Below, piece after piece: positions 1 through 12,610 of a DNA stretch of 64,000 bases (position 1 is the stretch's first letter; each line of letters opens with the position of its first letter). The stretch comes from Yuukianura sp. NJ FZ-2021 (Eukaryota), in contig CM102287.1 of NCBI GenBank assembly GCA_046563655.1, positions 3,534,001-3,598,000 of the forward strand. Reading direction: 5' to 3'. A program made the position numbers and the translations under genes. A model generated the notes under the pieces. It saw nothing but the letters and a program-made list of their open reading frames with translations. It did no database searches and was not told the origin of the DNA.

Positions 1-12
1 GATATTCTGTCG

Positions 13-2020
13 TCAGTTTCGGGAGTTCGCCTCTTCCAGCCCCATATTTCGACGGGAGCGAATGAATTGCAATCGCTGTCATTCCAGGCTTCAGCGTATC
101 GCTTAATGCTGGCTCAGTTGGAGCAAGCGTCGCTGGATCCACAACTACTTTCGGTTTTCTTCCAGGCTTTCCAGGTACGTGGACAGGAGGAGGGGGAGGA
201 GCTGGAACTGGAACCGAAGCTCCATTGGTGGTTCCGGGTTCGGTTTTGACGGTACCGGTAACGGTCGTGTCGGTAGAACTTGATGTCGGTTCGACCTTGA
301 CATCGACTTCGGCTTTTGCTTGTTTTCTCTTTGGATTGGCGGCGAGTTGCACCAGCTTTTCTTTGTTGAAGAGATGAGGATACTCCGTCTCCAGCCAGTC
401 GCAGTATTTACGTACTTGTGGAATCCGTCGATCTCCGCGATGATAAAGAATTCGGTGGTAAGCGGCTCTCAAGACTTTAAACACATCGGAGTTGTAGTAC
501 GCCTGTTTCACCACTGGATCGAAATAGGGAGTTCGAATTCTGAAAAACAAAAACGATTTCAAAATTTTTAGAAATCCGAAAAATTGAAATTTGAAATTTA
601 AATTGGTAGTTGAGTTTACCGAGTAAGGGCACATCGACGTGGCTTCCGCATTTCAGGTTTGGTGTTAACCGGGAAGTATTTTCTCATAAGCTGTTCGTCA
701 CTAAATGAAATAAAAGTTCGTTCGTAAGCATTTCCAACGGTGGTTCCATCTCCTTGATCTTCTAGTTTGGGAACAGGAGGAGGCGGAGGAGCTGATGCTT
801 TTTCTTCTCCATCTTCCAGAAGACGTAAAAGATCAAATTCATCTTTAGATTCCTTTGAAGATTTGGATTTTTCTGGTGGTTTTTCAACTACTGGCATTCG
901 CACAGAGTGATACCGAGTTCTGGGTCCACTGAAAACAGGCTTCACTGCTTTTGCTTTCTTCTTCTCCAGCTCCATTTGTTGAAATTTTGCTGTTTTTCGA
1001 AAAAATGATCATGAATTTCAAAATTTTAAACTTTGCCAAAGTTTTTGTTTGATTTTGTTACCTAAAGATTCCAAATTGATGATTTCTGTCCATTTCGTTT
1101 CTTCCATCAACTCTTCTTGTGTTGGCATTTCATACTCGACTCTACGCGATCTCAAGTACTTTTTACGCTGATCAGATTCCTTTTCACGCTCTTTCACTCT
1201 CTTTTGAGTTTCAATTGACTTCAATTTGGTGGAACTTCTCATTGTTTTTCTAGGTGATCTGAGCTTATCCGGTGACAATTGCTGCCGTTTCTTCGGTGGA
1301 CTGCCGGAATTCCTCGATGTTGTTCTCCTCGTCGGCCGAGACTCTTCGAGCGGTTTGGGAGCATAATCGGGCATCTCGGACTCACTTTCAACATGTTTGC
1401 GTTTCCTAGTTCTTGTTGTAACGGCTCCAGTTGCCCCTTCATCAGCTTCTGAATCGTCTTTAGCACTGGCAGACTGACTGTGACGTGTAACTCTGCCTCC
1501 TTTGGATGGACCTGGAGTGGGAGATGGGGATTTTCCAGGTCTGGAAGATAGTCGTGTTCGACGGGTTCCTGAAGTTGTACTTTCGGGTTCATCTTCTTTG
1601 ACATCTCCGCGCTTCGGAGATCTCGCAGATGCCCGGGTAGGAACTGCTTTGACAACTTTTCGAGCTGGTTCCTTGTAGGCTTTTGTAACTAAACGTCTAC
1701 TTCTAGTTCTTTTGCCTTCGTCTTCTTCTTGATCCGAAGTAGGTCCACCGTCCTCTTCGTCAATGTCAAAGTCTGAATCGACCACATCAGCTTCTTCTTT
1801 TCCTTGTCTAAAAAATGAAAGTGAAAGTTAACATTTATGATTACAAATCAATGAAACTTGAAAATTCCGTAAGCTCTCACTGGTAATCGTCATCCTCTTC
1901 CACTTCTTTGAACCCTCCATATGTAGTAGTATAAAAATCGTCTTCTTCTTCCTCATTCAGCAGTTTGGCCATGCGATTCCCCGCACCCGTACGCCGTGAC
2001 CTTCCCTTGGCGAGACTCAT
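13..2020 (-). CDS. VPS72: Vacuolar protein sorting 72 / YL1 (H2A.Z chaperone of SWR1/SRCAP/Tip60), 4 coding exons
   Basis: Exons 2020-1881, 1807-1062, 989-620 and 539-13 with phase-consistent GT-AG introns. N-terminus has RSRRTGAGNRMAKLLNEEEEDDFYTTTYGGF and VDSDFDIDE, the middle has PTQEELMEETKWTEIINLESL, and the YL1_C motif is CALTRIRTPYFDPVVKQAYYNSDVFKVLRAAY. TGA at 15-13. Confidence 0.93.
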
Positions 2021-3452
2021 TGTCTTGCTCAACGCTTCGCCTACAACGGTTTTACCTAAAAAAAATAAAAGCTTTAAAAGTTTCATTCAATTGAACACAA
2101 ATTGCAATTATTAAGGGAAGGCAAAAATAATTCAATTACTTCCTTGACCTACTTTGTCTCCGGACTGAATGAGTCGAATCACAGATTTACTGAAGAAAAT
2201 AAGAATTTGAGACGATCATATGTTTTCACATATCAAATTCCAAAGTTTATAAACAAAAACAAAGAATCATGTGAAATTACTCACCACAGACTCGCTCTCG
2301 ACTCAAGTCAGCAGGCAAATCATAAATCAATCAGGATTGCTAATTGATTGACCTTTTTCCTTGCAAAATGCTTTCCCAATTTTAGCCAATTTGCACTTTT
2401 TTGCCAATTCGAATTCCAAACATAAAAAAAAATACAAAAACAAAAATACGCCTGTTTTGAATTTGCGCGGTTGAAAGTCAGCCGTTGTTTTTATATTCTA
2501 TCGCCAATAAAAAGTTAACCTCCCACCTCCGCCCACTCAATTTCTAACGGGGGATTGGGGAACCTGTTGAATTTTGAACTTCTGTGCTGAGAATTAAATA
2601 TGATTAACTTTAATTATTTAACTTAAATCTATGATTACTAATTATAATTATATATTCTTTAAGAATGTATATATTTAATCCCTATAAAAGACTATAAGTA
2701 GAGTGTAATACATAGGGGAAACGAATGACCTAATTTTAGAATCTCCACCTGGCGTCTGTCTATGCTTTGTTGCTTGGTATAGCGCTGTTCGTGATATACC
2801 TCTAATTATGTAGCAAGGGGAGGAAAAAGAGGCATTAACCTCATTTAGAGTTATGCTCCACTTTTTACATACTCTGTAGAAGAGTTTTATGTTGGTTGAA
2901 GTAAGACTTATGGTATTGTAATATGGTATAGACAGTTAGTGTCGGTGTTGTTGTTGGAGAGTTAATGTGGTTAACTGGGCGGTACAAAGGATGATAAATG
3001 TTACATCGACGATAAGTTGGAATAACGCTGTACAACACATTACTATAAAGTATACTGTGCTCAGTGTTTAAAAAAATAAAACACGTATTACTAGAATTTA
3101 CACATAAAGCCTTATTGCATTTGCAACAGAAAGATAGCAAACCGGCCGTGTCGGAGCAACGTTCAAGCTCATATCCCCTTCAAAGAAAGGTTGTTAATTA
3201 AGTGAGTTTGATGTAAAAACAGAAGCGGCGTCGAGTTCATGTATCCAGCCACCTTCTGGATGTATTATTTATTCAGTTAACTATTCAGTTTTGTTTACAG
3301 AATTGACAGCGTCAATTCTGTTATTTTCTAGATTTTTAACCCCCTCTTTTGGTTAAATTTACAGTTAATTTTAGACCCCTTTTTTGGTTTAAATTTCCTT
3401 CCTTTGACATGCGCACAGCCGCTCTCCCGGATTACATCATCCAAAAGCCTAA

Positions 3453-4023
3453 AGGGTATTTCGCACTTACAATGAACGTGGCAGCGATATTGCTGCACAT
3501 CAAAATTGGCATCAAAATTGGTAGTGTGAAATACAAATTTTGATGCCACCAATATTGGTGCAGCCCTTGCACCGATATTGCTGCTGCACTTTTCTGGATT
3601 CGATTTTCGAATCCGAAAAGGTGCTGCAGAAAAATTGCCAGTCTCTGATTGGGTCACATGATTCCCGCGGACAATTCAAATTATGCAACTAAGTTTTGTC
3701 TCAAGTTGTTTTCACTTCCATTGGATATTCGAATTCCAATAACGAACTTAAGTAGTCGAGTTAATTAGTGAACAACTAATTAACATTCTAAGTAAGTTCG
3801 TGAATGACAGTGATTATAATTAAACCCTATTTGTTTCAGTTCTTTGATTAATTGCACAAATAACTAATTTAACTTATTTGTCTCATCCCATATGTTTTGT
3901 CGCAATATTACTGTCACTCAAATTGGTAGTGTGAACGAACGCCCAATTTGAGTGGCTTTAAAATTGGCCATTGAAAATGCCAGGAATATCGCTGCCACGT
4001 TCATTGTAAGTGCGAAATACCCT
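3453..4023. mobile_element. PIF/Harbinger-like non-autonomous MITE
   Basis: ~38-bp TIR AGGGTATTTCGCACTTACAATGAACGTGGCAGCGATATT and its reverse complement ending at 4023. TAA direct repeat on both sides (3450-3452, 4024-4026). Confidence 0.8.
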
Positions 4024-4238
4024 TAACTACGCAGTTAGGTTAATTCCAAAGAAAAAAGCATCCTAGTTGAAGCGACAAAGGGTAAGGAACACTGTTAATA
4101 AAAACTTTCACTTCCCCCCTCTCCCTCCCCGCGATTTGGAGGAGTGGAATTTGAGTTCTTGGGTGGTCGCTGGTATAGCTTAGGCGTAATGTGGAGTGAT
4201 TTTGCTTCCCGTCGTCACCTGATATATGGTGCTATACA

Positions 4239-4370
4239 GAGGCCGATTCTGACGCTTCCATTGGCTGTTGAGGCCGATTCTGAGAGCCTGATTGGTTCTG
4301 TATCTAAACCTACTTATAAAAACTCTATTACGCGGGAGTGCATTACCTTGTCCCTTCAACCTGCGTAAGC
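4239..4370 (+). promoter_or_regulatory. Putative BZW core promoter and first non-coding exon
   Basis: Duplicated GAGGCCGATTCTGA (4239, 4270), each followed by an inverted CCAAT (ATTGG at 4260, 4291). TATAAAA at 4315, a pyrimidine-rich stretch ~30 bp downstream, then the donor GTAAGC at 4365. Confidence 0.45.
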
Positions 4371-5004
4371 AGGCCGATGCTTTCTTCTTTGGGTTAATTC
4401 TGTCTTTTGTTCTTTTTCTGTCTCATCAGATTCAGTTCAGTTTCGTCTTAGATCTTAACTTGGAAGGTATCATGCCTTTCTCTCGTTTTCTAAGTTATAG
4501 ACCTCCCTAAATTAGCTAATTGTTCTTCTCTAATTAACGTTCTGTTAATTAAAATAAGGGTTAAAAGCCCTGATTTATTCGGAGTTTCCGTCTTGGTTTT
4601 TTCCGAATTTTATGACAAAAAGTTCATTCTTAAATGAACAAGTTTTATTTCTGTATTAATTTAACTTGTCAGGGTTTACAAGGAGTGGCGACATCCTTAT
4701 TGAATCATAGAAATATTTTTGGCGATAGATTTGAAGCGGCGCATTACTCTTTCTTGATGACTTTGGTGTGCATGTTTTCGAAGAAGAAGTGCATGACGCG
4801 ACTCCTGTTTTTCCTCGCCTTCTATTCTTCGTCCTCACTTTTTTGCCGTTTGTCTCTCTCTTTTGGATTTGGCTGTGCTAAAATCGTAATTGTTCAACAG
4901 GAGCAGAGAAAATTAATTGATTAGTCACTTTGTGGTGTTCTTCTTTCGTTTTTTTTCCTTTTCGGTTCTGTTTTACTTCCGGTAGAAAGTACCCGGCTTG
5001 TTGT

Positions 5005-7559
5005 ATGAGTCAAAAAACCGAAAAACCCGTCTTGTCTGGACAGCGAATTAAAACTCGCAAAAGGGGTGAGTTGAGTTATCATTTGAACCTTGGACTTGAA
5101 CTATTAAACTAATCAACAGTTATCTGATTTACGTCTTTGTTGTTGTATTTATAGATGAAAAGGAGAAATTCGACTCTACTGGATTCCGTGACGCTTTGCT
5201 AACAGGCTTAATTGAGGCTGGAACTGACCTTGAAGCTGTTACGAAGTTTCTGGATGCGGCTGGGTCCAAGCTCGATTATCGAAGATACGGCGAAACGTTA
5301 TTTGACATTCTAATTGCTGGTGGGACCCTTGGCCCTTCGGGGATAACGCCAGGGGATGGCGGAAAGCTCGCACCAGCCTGCGTTTTTACTTCGGAGAATA
5401 CTATTGAGGCTCTCAAGGGATATGAGCAGGTATGGCCAAGAATACGATATCAAAACGACAGTATTTCGATATCTCAGGACCTAGTAACGTTAAAACTATA
5501 GACTATGGTTTTACTTTAGGTATTCTTCAAGCTCATGCGTCGCTACAAGTACTTGGAGAAAATGATGGACGAGGAGATGCGCAAGGTTTACACGTACATG
5601 AAACGATTCACTGAGGAGCAACGTATGAAATTGGCTCGGATGTCAGGACTCTGGTTCTGCAATGGCACTCTCTCCGCTTCCGTCCTCTCTGTTATCGCTG
5701 TCGTAAGTTCTTGTACAACTTACAGTCGTTTCTGTTTGAAGTTAAGCTTAGTAATAAACATATGTCGCTGATAACCTTGTTTGCTGGTTTTACTTTTGCA
5801 GGAGCATTTAGTTAAGGATAATTTGGCACTCGACTTCATCCTTGAAGTGTTCACTGTTTGGAAGCAAGAGAAGGGAATGTCAAACTTGGTTTCGGCCCTC
5901 AAACGAACCGGTATCGAAACACGACTCATGGAATTCTTCCCTCCTAACAAACGAACTCCAGAGATTTTCCAAGGTGCATTTGAAGAGCGGGGACTCGCTG
6001 AAATCAACAAGTTGCAGAAGTCTCAAGTAAGAAATCACGATAGTCCAATATTAATCTGTTAACTGGGGTTCTACTAGCTGATCTTCGTTTGTACAAAGAT
6101 CATGTCAAGTTTTCCCCAAAATTAAAGTGGACCCCTGCTTCATTGTTCTTTTACGGAGCTTCATGGAACTAAATTCCTGGAATTCGATAAAGACAACCAA
6201 CATACAACCACTTACCATTATAAGCAAGGTCTCTTTCGATTTCTTCAACTCAGTCAATTAACTTAGCTTAGCATTTCTTTTTTAGGCAAACCAAGAAGTG
6301 AAGAAGGATTTACAAAAGTACGTCGCTGATGCTCTTGCTGATAACAAATCTGCCAAAGACATAATTGCAGAAGTGAAGGATTTTTCAGCCAAGTACTCCT
6401 TAGTAGAGCACGAGGTTGTGGCAATTGTAAGTTTCAAAAATTCAGTTTCCTATTTTCAATTTCAAAACTGTTTTCTCAGAAGTGTTTTTTTTTCAGTATT
6501 TCATAACTTTTTTTTTGAAACAGGTTTGGACCACTTTGATGGGAGCCGTTGAGTGGAACAAAAAGGAGGAGCTTGTCGCTGATCAGGCATTGAAGCATTT
6601 GAAGGTATATACTGGAAGTTTTGTTATTTCAAAATTTGAATTTCAATGAAAATTTTCCTGCCCTTGTCGCCTTGCTTCCCTTGATTGACACTTTTATCTT
6701 GGTCACGATCAGTGAAGATCAGTTTCCTATTTCCGTCTTCTTATTTTTCTTTTGTGTCCTTCAGAATTACACAACTCTCCTGGCAGCATTTTGTACAACT
6801 CCCAAGTCCGAAATGACTCTGATGCTCCGGATCCAGGACTTTTGTTATGATAATATGAATTTCATGAAGGTGTTTCAAAAGATTGTTCTGCTTCTCTACA
6901 AAAGTAAGCTAAACTTATGATTTTTAATTTTCATGAATAATGGAGTAGTTTGGAATCCAACCAGATTTGAAATTGAAGATGAAGAGGAGAGATGAATGTT
7001 AAAGTGATTGAATTAATTTCGTTTTGTTAACGTTTACAGCTGATGTTGTGTCGGAGGAGATCATCATGAAGTGGTACAAGGAGTCTCACTCCTCCAAGGG
7101 CAAGAGCGTCTTCTTGGAACAGATGAAGAAGTTTATCGAATGGCTCCAGAATGCTGAGGAGGGTAAGACTACTGCTCAAGTTTTTTTGAAAACTTGCAGC
7201 ATTTTATGGTCTTTAGTTAAGTTTAAACTCAATTACATGCCTAATGGTAAGACCAGAAATCTTTGCCCGCGTAAAGTTCAATGATTAACGGGTTTGTCAT
7301 CGGTGATTTTTGTTTCTACAAGAATCATTTCAGAATGGCCCAAAATTATTGCGGTTGCGAGGCCCGTCGTTGTTCTTTTAGTGAGCTCCAAGGAATTAAA
7401 TTCCTGGAATTCGATAAAGACAACACACAACTAATTAGAACTTTCATGATTTATGATTCAAAGTTTGATTTTTATTTAGAATTGTATGAATTTTGTCTGA
7501 TTTTTGAAAAATGTTGTTTGACAGAGTCCGAATCTGGTGAAGAAGATGAGGAAGATTGA
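5005..7559 (+). CDS. BZW: eIF5-mimic protein BZW / krasavietz (5MP), 9 coding exons
   Basis: Exons 5005-5065, 5155-5429, 5520-5702, 5802-6026, 6286-6426, 6524-6604, 6765-6903, 7040-7162 and 7525-7559. Begins [27 protein letters not shown], contains [18 protein letters not shown], and ends with the W2 domain [34 protein letters not shown]. Confidence 0.96.
6064..6209 (+). ncRNA. Candidate intronic box H/ACA snoRNA, copy 1 (BZW intron 4)
   Basis: Hairpin GGGG...TGATCTT-loop-AAGATCA...CCCC, then AAATTA (H box ANANNA), a small hairpin, a long 3' hairpin TTGTTCTTT...AAAGACAA, and ACA. Paralogous to 7290-7432. Confidence 0.6.
7290..7432 (+). ncRNA. Candidate intronic box H/ACA snoRNA, copy 2 (BZW intron 8)
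   Basis: GGGTT...GGTGATT-loop-AATCATT...GGCCC, then an AAATTA H box, a small hairpin, a 3' hairpin sharing TAAATTCCTGGAATTCGATAAAGACAAC with copy 1, and a terminal ACA. Confidence 0.6.
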
Positions 7560-9113
7560 GAAGCGAAGAAGAGTTTTGAGGAGTTTCGGTAACGGAGAGA
7601 GAGAAGATGCGGAATCTAAAGAGCAACAACGGCTGAAAAATCGAAATTTATATCAAAATTTTATTGTAAGAAGAGCTCACCAAAAGGCAGCAAAATCAAG
7701 AAATTTTTGAGTTCGAGCAAATAATTTAAAAAGCCCAATTCCAAATTAATAACAACTTTACTTTTTATTTCAACCTAAACAAGCTTCGTTTCGTTTTTTA
7801 AAAATATTGTCCGCATCCTTTTTTCCAAATTGTGAAATTGAAAATTCATTTTTTTTAAATCAAAATTTTGAAACTGCTGTTTGTGATTGATGTTTAAAAT
7901 TCACAGTGAAACTGGGCGAAGTTCAACTGTGATTTAAATCCTAAATCTTTACAAAAAGATTTATTTTTAAAATTTAATAAGTTAGGTTCTGTGGGTGTTT
8001 AGGATTTTTTGATTTAACACAAACTACCCTACTGATGTTTAATCTTGTTAAAAAGCAACACTTTCAATTTCAAAAACAACAATTTTAATCAAGAAATTTC
8101 AAAATTTCCTATTTTTCATGAAAATACTACAAAAATTCTTTTCCAAAAAAATACAATTTTCGATTCCTAACCATCACACCTCTTCCAAGTTTAAATATTT
8201 AAATATTTTTTGTGGCTCTAATTGCAAAGTTACAAATAAAACTTCAATTCTGGATGGGAAAACACTGGTGACATTTTTTTTACACAAAATTTGGAAATCT
8301 CGGACAAAATTTTGATTTTATTTTAGTTTTTATAAAATTATAGACTTTAACTAACTTTTAACTCATCCAGGATCGTGAAGTGCTAAAATTGAGGATGAGG
8401 TGAGAAACGTCGATGATGTCAGAAATTTTTAGGGAACAAAAAATTTTGAAATTTTTTTGTGAATTTTCAGAAGATGCGATGTGTGATCTCAGCCGTGTGG
8501 ATGAGTCACACTATAAAACTGAATTTACAGTTACTGTTTTCGTGTGCAAACAAAGGGAGTCGTGGAATAAGCCAGGAAATACGGTAACTGACTAAAACTT
8601 TTGTCACAAATGGAATTATAAGCATTACATTTTAGATTTTTAAAATGAGTGTTTGAACAAGTTTTGATATTTTTTAGAACAGAGACTTCGTGCGACGGAA
8701 GCTAAATTTAAGATTAAGGGATTCAATACACACAGGGGAGACTTCGCTTCTGATGACAAAGTAATGGAGGGCGATAATGCAGTACCCAATGAAACGGTAC
8801 GGTACTGTCCGTGGTACCGACGAAACGGTAACGGTTCAGCTTGGACGGTATGAAGAATCTGTGGGTCAAGGTCAGCGTGTAGGCCGGGACCAGTGCAATT
8901 TGACTTCGTGCCAAAACGCTACAAAATGCAACTAATCACGACCTCCACGACTGCGTCTTTTTCAGATTCCGAACATTGCCGAACTCCAGCGTCTGTGTCG
9001 GAAGCGTAACTTTGGCGTGGGAAATCGCTGATCAGCGCTGAATGTTTGGAATTTGAAAAGGCCGGGACCAGTGCAATATTGGTTCTCAAGACGAAATAAT
9101 GTCACTGGGACTG

Positions 9114-9222
9114 ACCGTTCCATTTTCCGTTCCATTTCGCTCCTTTCCGTTCCATTTCGCTCCATTCCGTTCCATTTCGCTCCATTCCGTTCCTTTCACT
9201 CCATTCTGTTCCATTTTCATTC
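9114..9222. repeat. (TTCCA/TTCCG/TTTCG)n pentamer-type simple repeat
   Basis: Degenerate run CCGTTCCATTTTCCGTTCCATTTCGCTCC... Confidence 0.8.
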
Positions 9223-12200
9223 TCGTAGTTCGCCATTTTGAATGCTCCCGATACCTGAAAATTCAAATTCATTCTTAAGCTTTTTCATGTTCTGTTTGAA
9301 CAGTTTGTTCAAATTTCTTTTAGATTTTTGGTCCTTGAGGCTTGCGTGCTCCCTTTCAAAATTTCCTTCAAAGTCTCCCTGTCCCTTAACCCATAATCTT
9401 CCAAAAGGTAAAAATTCAAACCCCAAGTCTTTTCAATTTCGAAATCTCCATTTCCTATTCTTTCAAAAAACTTTTTTCATTTTTCGAAAAGGAATTACGC
9501 CTTCCCTTGTCAAGGGCCCCCTCTTTCTTCAAGGCTCCCTCAACCATCTGCCTCTCTTTAAACTTTCAACCTAACCAATTACCTAATCCTCTAGATTCTT
9601 CAACCTAATTCAGAACTTAACTAACTTTAACTTAACTAAACTAAGGGGCCCTTAAAATTTAAGTGCCCTTAGCAAACAGTATCATATGTAGGGGGCCCTT
9701 AACGCTAGTTTACCTTAACCTAGTTTTTTGATGAGCGTTTCTACTTTTTTGGAGTCAAGGGTCATTCGGCGCGTGGATTGTTATGGTGGGTACTTAACTA
9801 TTTGCATAAGGACTCACCTAGCATAAGGAGGGACTTAAGTACCCCCGGGGGGACTTGAAACAATGGAATTGGTGGGGCAGGTGTCTGACTTAAGTGTTTA
9901 AGACAAAAGATTCAAACCATCTGACGATCCATCCACAAGAAACAAAGGAAAAAGCGAAGATGATTTTTTGAGAGAGTGAAAAAAAGAGGGAAGATGATGG
10001 GAAAAAGACACTTCCTGTCGATAGGAAAGGCAGATGATGAGGGTGTTATTTGGTCAAGTTGGATAAAACTTAAGGTTTTACGGTGTTTTTTTAAGTTTTA
10101 GTGTTTTTTTCATGTCTGAATCTGAAGTAGGAGTCCCTTAAGTCACCTGCTGTCGCTATTGAATTTTTATAAGACAACAGAAGACAAGCGCTGCTGCATC
10201 AAAATTTTAAAACCACACGGAAAGCACCTGCTTCTCAACGGAACACGCAGGAGCTGTAATTATTCCAAGCCTTCCGCCTTCACAAAATTCAAAAATAAAA
10301 ATTTTTCAATAAAAAAAATTTCAAAATACAGTTTTACGGAAATTTTAAAAATTCAAAAGATTCTGAAAAAAAAACATTCCCCGCACCAATAACTTTTGTG
10401 AAGTAAAGATTTTGATTAGTCTGAGCCTCATGGAAAGTTTGCACGGCGTTGAGGACTCGTACCAAAAAAGATTTTGGGTGAATGAAATTTTGGGTACGTT
10501 TTCGAAATTTCCGAATGGTTTTTTTTTTGAAAACGGAATTTTTTGAAATAACAATAGAGGGGGAGACTTAAGGGTCTCAGGGTCCCTTAACCAGCACCCA
10601 AACCATTTACTTTTTGGAAAATCGGAAGCGGAGCCCCTTAACCTTTACATTCTTTTTTTTCATTCTTACAAACAAGGTAGTTTGAAGCACTACCGCCGTT
10701 CCTTTTCAAAAAATGCTTTCAAAATTTCGAAAAACTCGTTTTCGAAACGGTGGTACTCTCAACACCTTGTAAAAACAAGGCCACAAAAGACAGAACAAAG
10801 GAAAAATTACAATTTTCGTACGTTTTTGTCCTGTATGTGAAACTCAAGTTTGAAATTTTGAAATTGGCTTACCGATACCTGGAAATTTCCTTTCAAATTT
10901 TCAAAATTTTGAAATCTTTTTTGAAAATGAACAAAGCCATGATGATGCCATGCGTTCTGTCGCCGCCACGCACTCCAAAAGTCACTTTCAGCTTAACTCT
11001 TAACAAAGCGAGAAAAAAATTTGTGATTTCACTTCTCTCAGATTTGCTCAAAGTGTCAAGGCCAGTCTTCTTTGTTTCCAATTGAGTAACTCCTGCTACT
11101 CGGTGCAAAAAATCGCGAAACGTGAAATTTTCACGCTTCGCGTCTCGCGTCTGAGAAGTGAGTAGTTGAAGATGCAGTTGGTAACTGAAGAGCCACTGGA
11201 GGTTTGTGGCCCAATTCATTGGAAAAAGTTCCTTACCTGGGCCAGAGCGAGGGGAAGACTTCAATTGTTCTGCATCTTCCTCCTATTCAACAAATGACGA
11301 AATGTCCATCTTCTGGAACCCTCCGTTAGGTTAACGTTAGGCTAACAACCTAACGTTAGCCTAACAACACAAAGTTAGGTTTTAAAAGCCTTGACAATAG
11401 AAAAGGTGGTCGGAGGAAGCCAGCTTCCCTCGAAGAACTTAAAGAAAAAAAAGTTTTTCTTTGAATAAAAACTGAAAGGTGAAGCGAGCTTCTGAAATTG
11501 AAAGTTTTTTGAAAAGATCAGGAGCGGAGAGGGAGTAACTTTTTTTGGTTTTTGAAAAAATGGAATGATTTTGAAAAGAATTGAAAACGTGCCTCTCTGA
11601 AAACTGAAAGGTGAGACTGTCTGTCTCTGGTACTTTTCAAAAACCAAAGCCAAACGCAGCAACTGCTCCAGTATTCAATTTCGTGACACAAATTTTCAAA
11701 AATGGTACATTTCTGAAAATTTTAGATCAAATTTTTAAAAAGTATAAAAAACGAACTAGAATCTCGGTTGGTTTAAAGCCTGTTTGATTAAAAAGTTATT
11801 GCAGAACTTAAATAGCTTAAACATGGGTAGGTTCGTCGCTAGGTTTGTGATATTGCTGTTGCGCAAGATGAAAATTTCAACACGCTTTTTTTAAAAATGA
11901 AATTTGGAATTTTCAATATTTCGAAATTTTGAGAATTTAATGAATGAAAAAAGTGAAAACTTTTAGCTAATTTTTTTTCTTGTGTTGCGTAAGAACTGAA
12001 AATTTAAAAGTCCAGGTGTGTTTTTTTCAATTGGTTTTCGTTTTTTTTTTCTCTTTTTCTTCTCCTCACTCCAATTCAATTGAAAATCTTTTGTCCTCAA
12101 GTCCCCCTTCTCTCTTCTCCGGAGCCCTTAACGTACAAAATCTTTGGTAAATGTACAGGGGGCCCTTAAACATTCAAATTTTCGACCTCGTGGACCCTTA

Positions 12201-12339
12201 GCTCATCTTCAATTCAAAGATTCTCACTACACTGCCGTTGAAATCTAACTATTTCATGCTAACTTATTTCCAAACGACTGTATTGAAGTTTCGATTGTGG
12301 ATTAGAGCGTTCTGGTTCTATCACTGTAAATTTCTACTT

Positions 12340-12610
12340 TTAGTTTTGAAATGCCCTTTTGACCTTAACAGTTTTAAGGTAAAAAAGGTCACGGCTTGAC
12401 CTTTTGTATTTTTGAAATGACCTGTTGATTTTGGATTCAAGCTATTTTACGACCTGCCGATTTCGAAAATATTTCTAGAATGACCTGTTGAAATGAAAAT
12501 GTTTTTGAAACGGCGTGTAGATGATGAAATATTTGTGAAATGACATCTTGACCTTTTGCTATTTTTGAAATGACCTCTTGACCTTTTCGCTATTTGTGCA
12601 TGACCTCTGT
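12340..12610. repeat. Degenerate tandem repeat of TGAAATGACC(T/C)NTTGACCTTTT units
   Basis: GAAATGACC and TTGACCTTTT recur about eight times at ~30-60 bp spacing. Confidence 0.6.

Noticed and set aside
4166..4240. tRNA-like start GTCGCTGGTATAGCTTAGG
   Set aside because: No B box (GTTCRA) and no cloverleaf could be built downstream.
6064..7432. Assignment of the intronic RNAs to U17/snR30
   Set aside because: The conserved m1 (AUAUUCCUA) and m2 (AAACCAU) motifs are absent.
8962..9241. ORFs MERNGTERSEMER... and the + strand counterpart
   Set aside because: They are translations of the TTCCA/TTCCG simple repeat.
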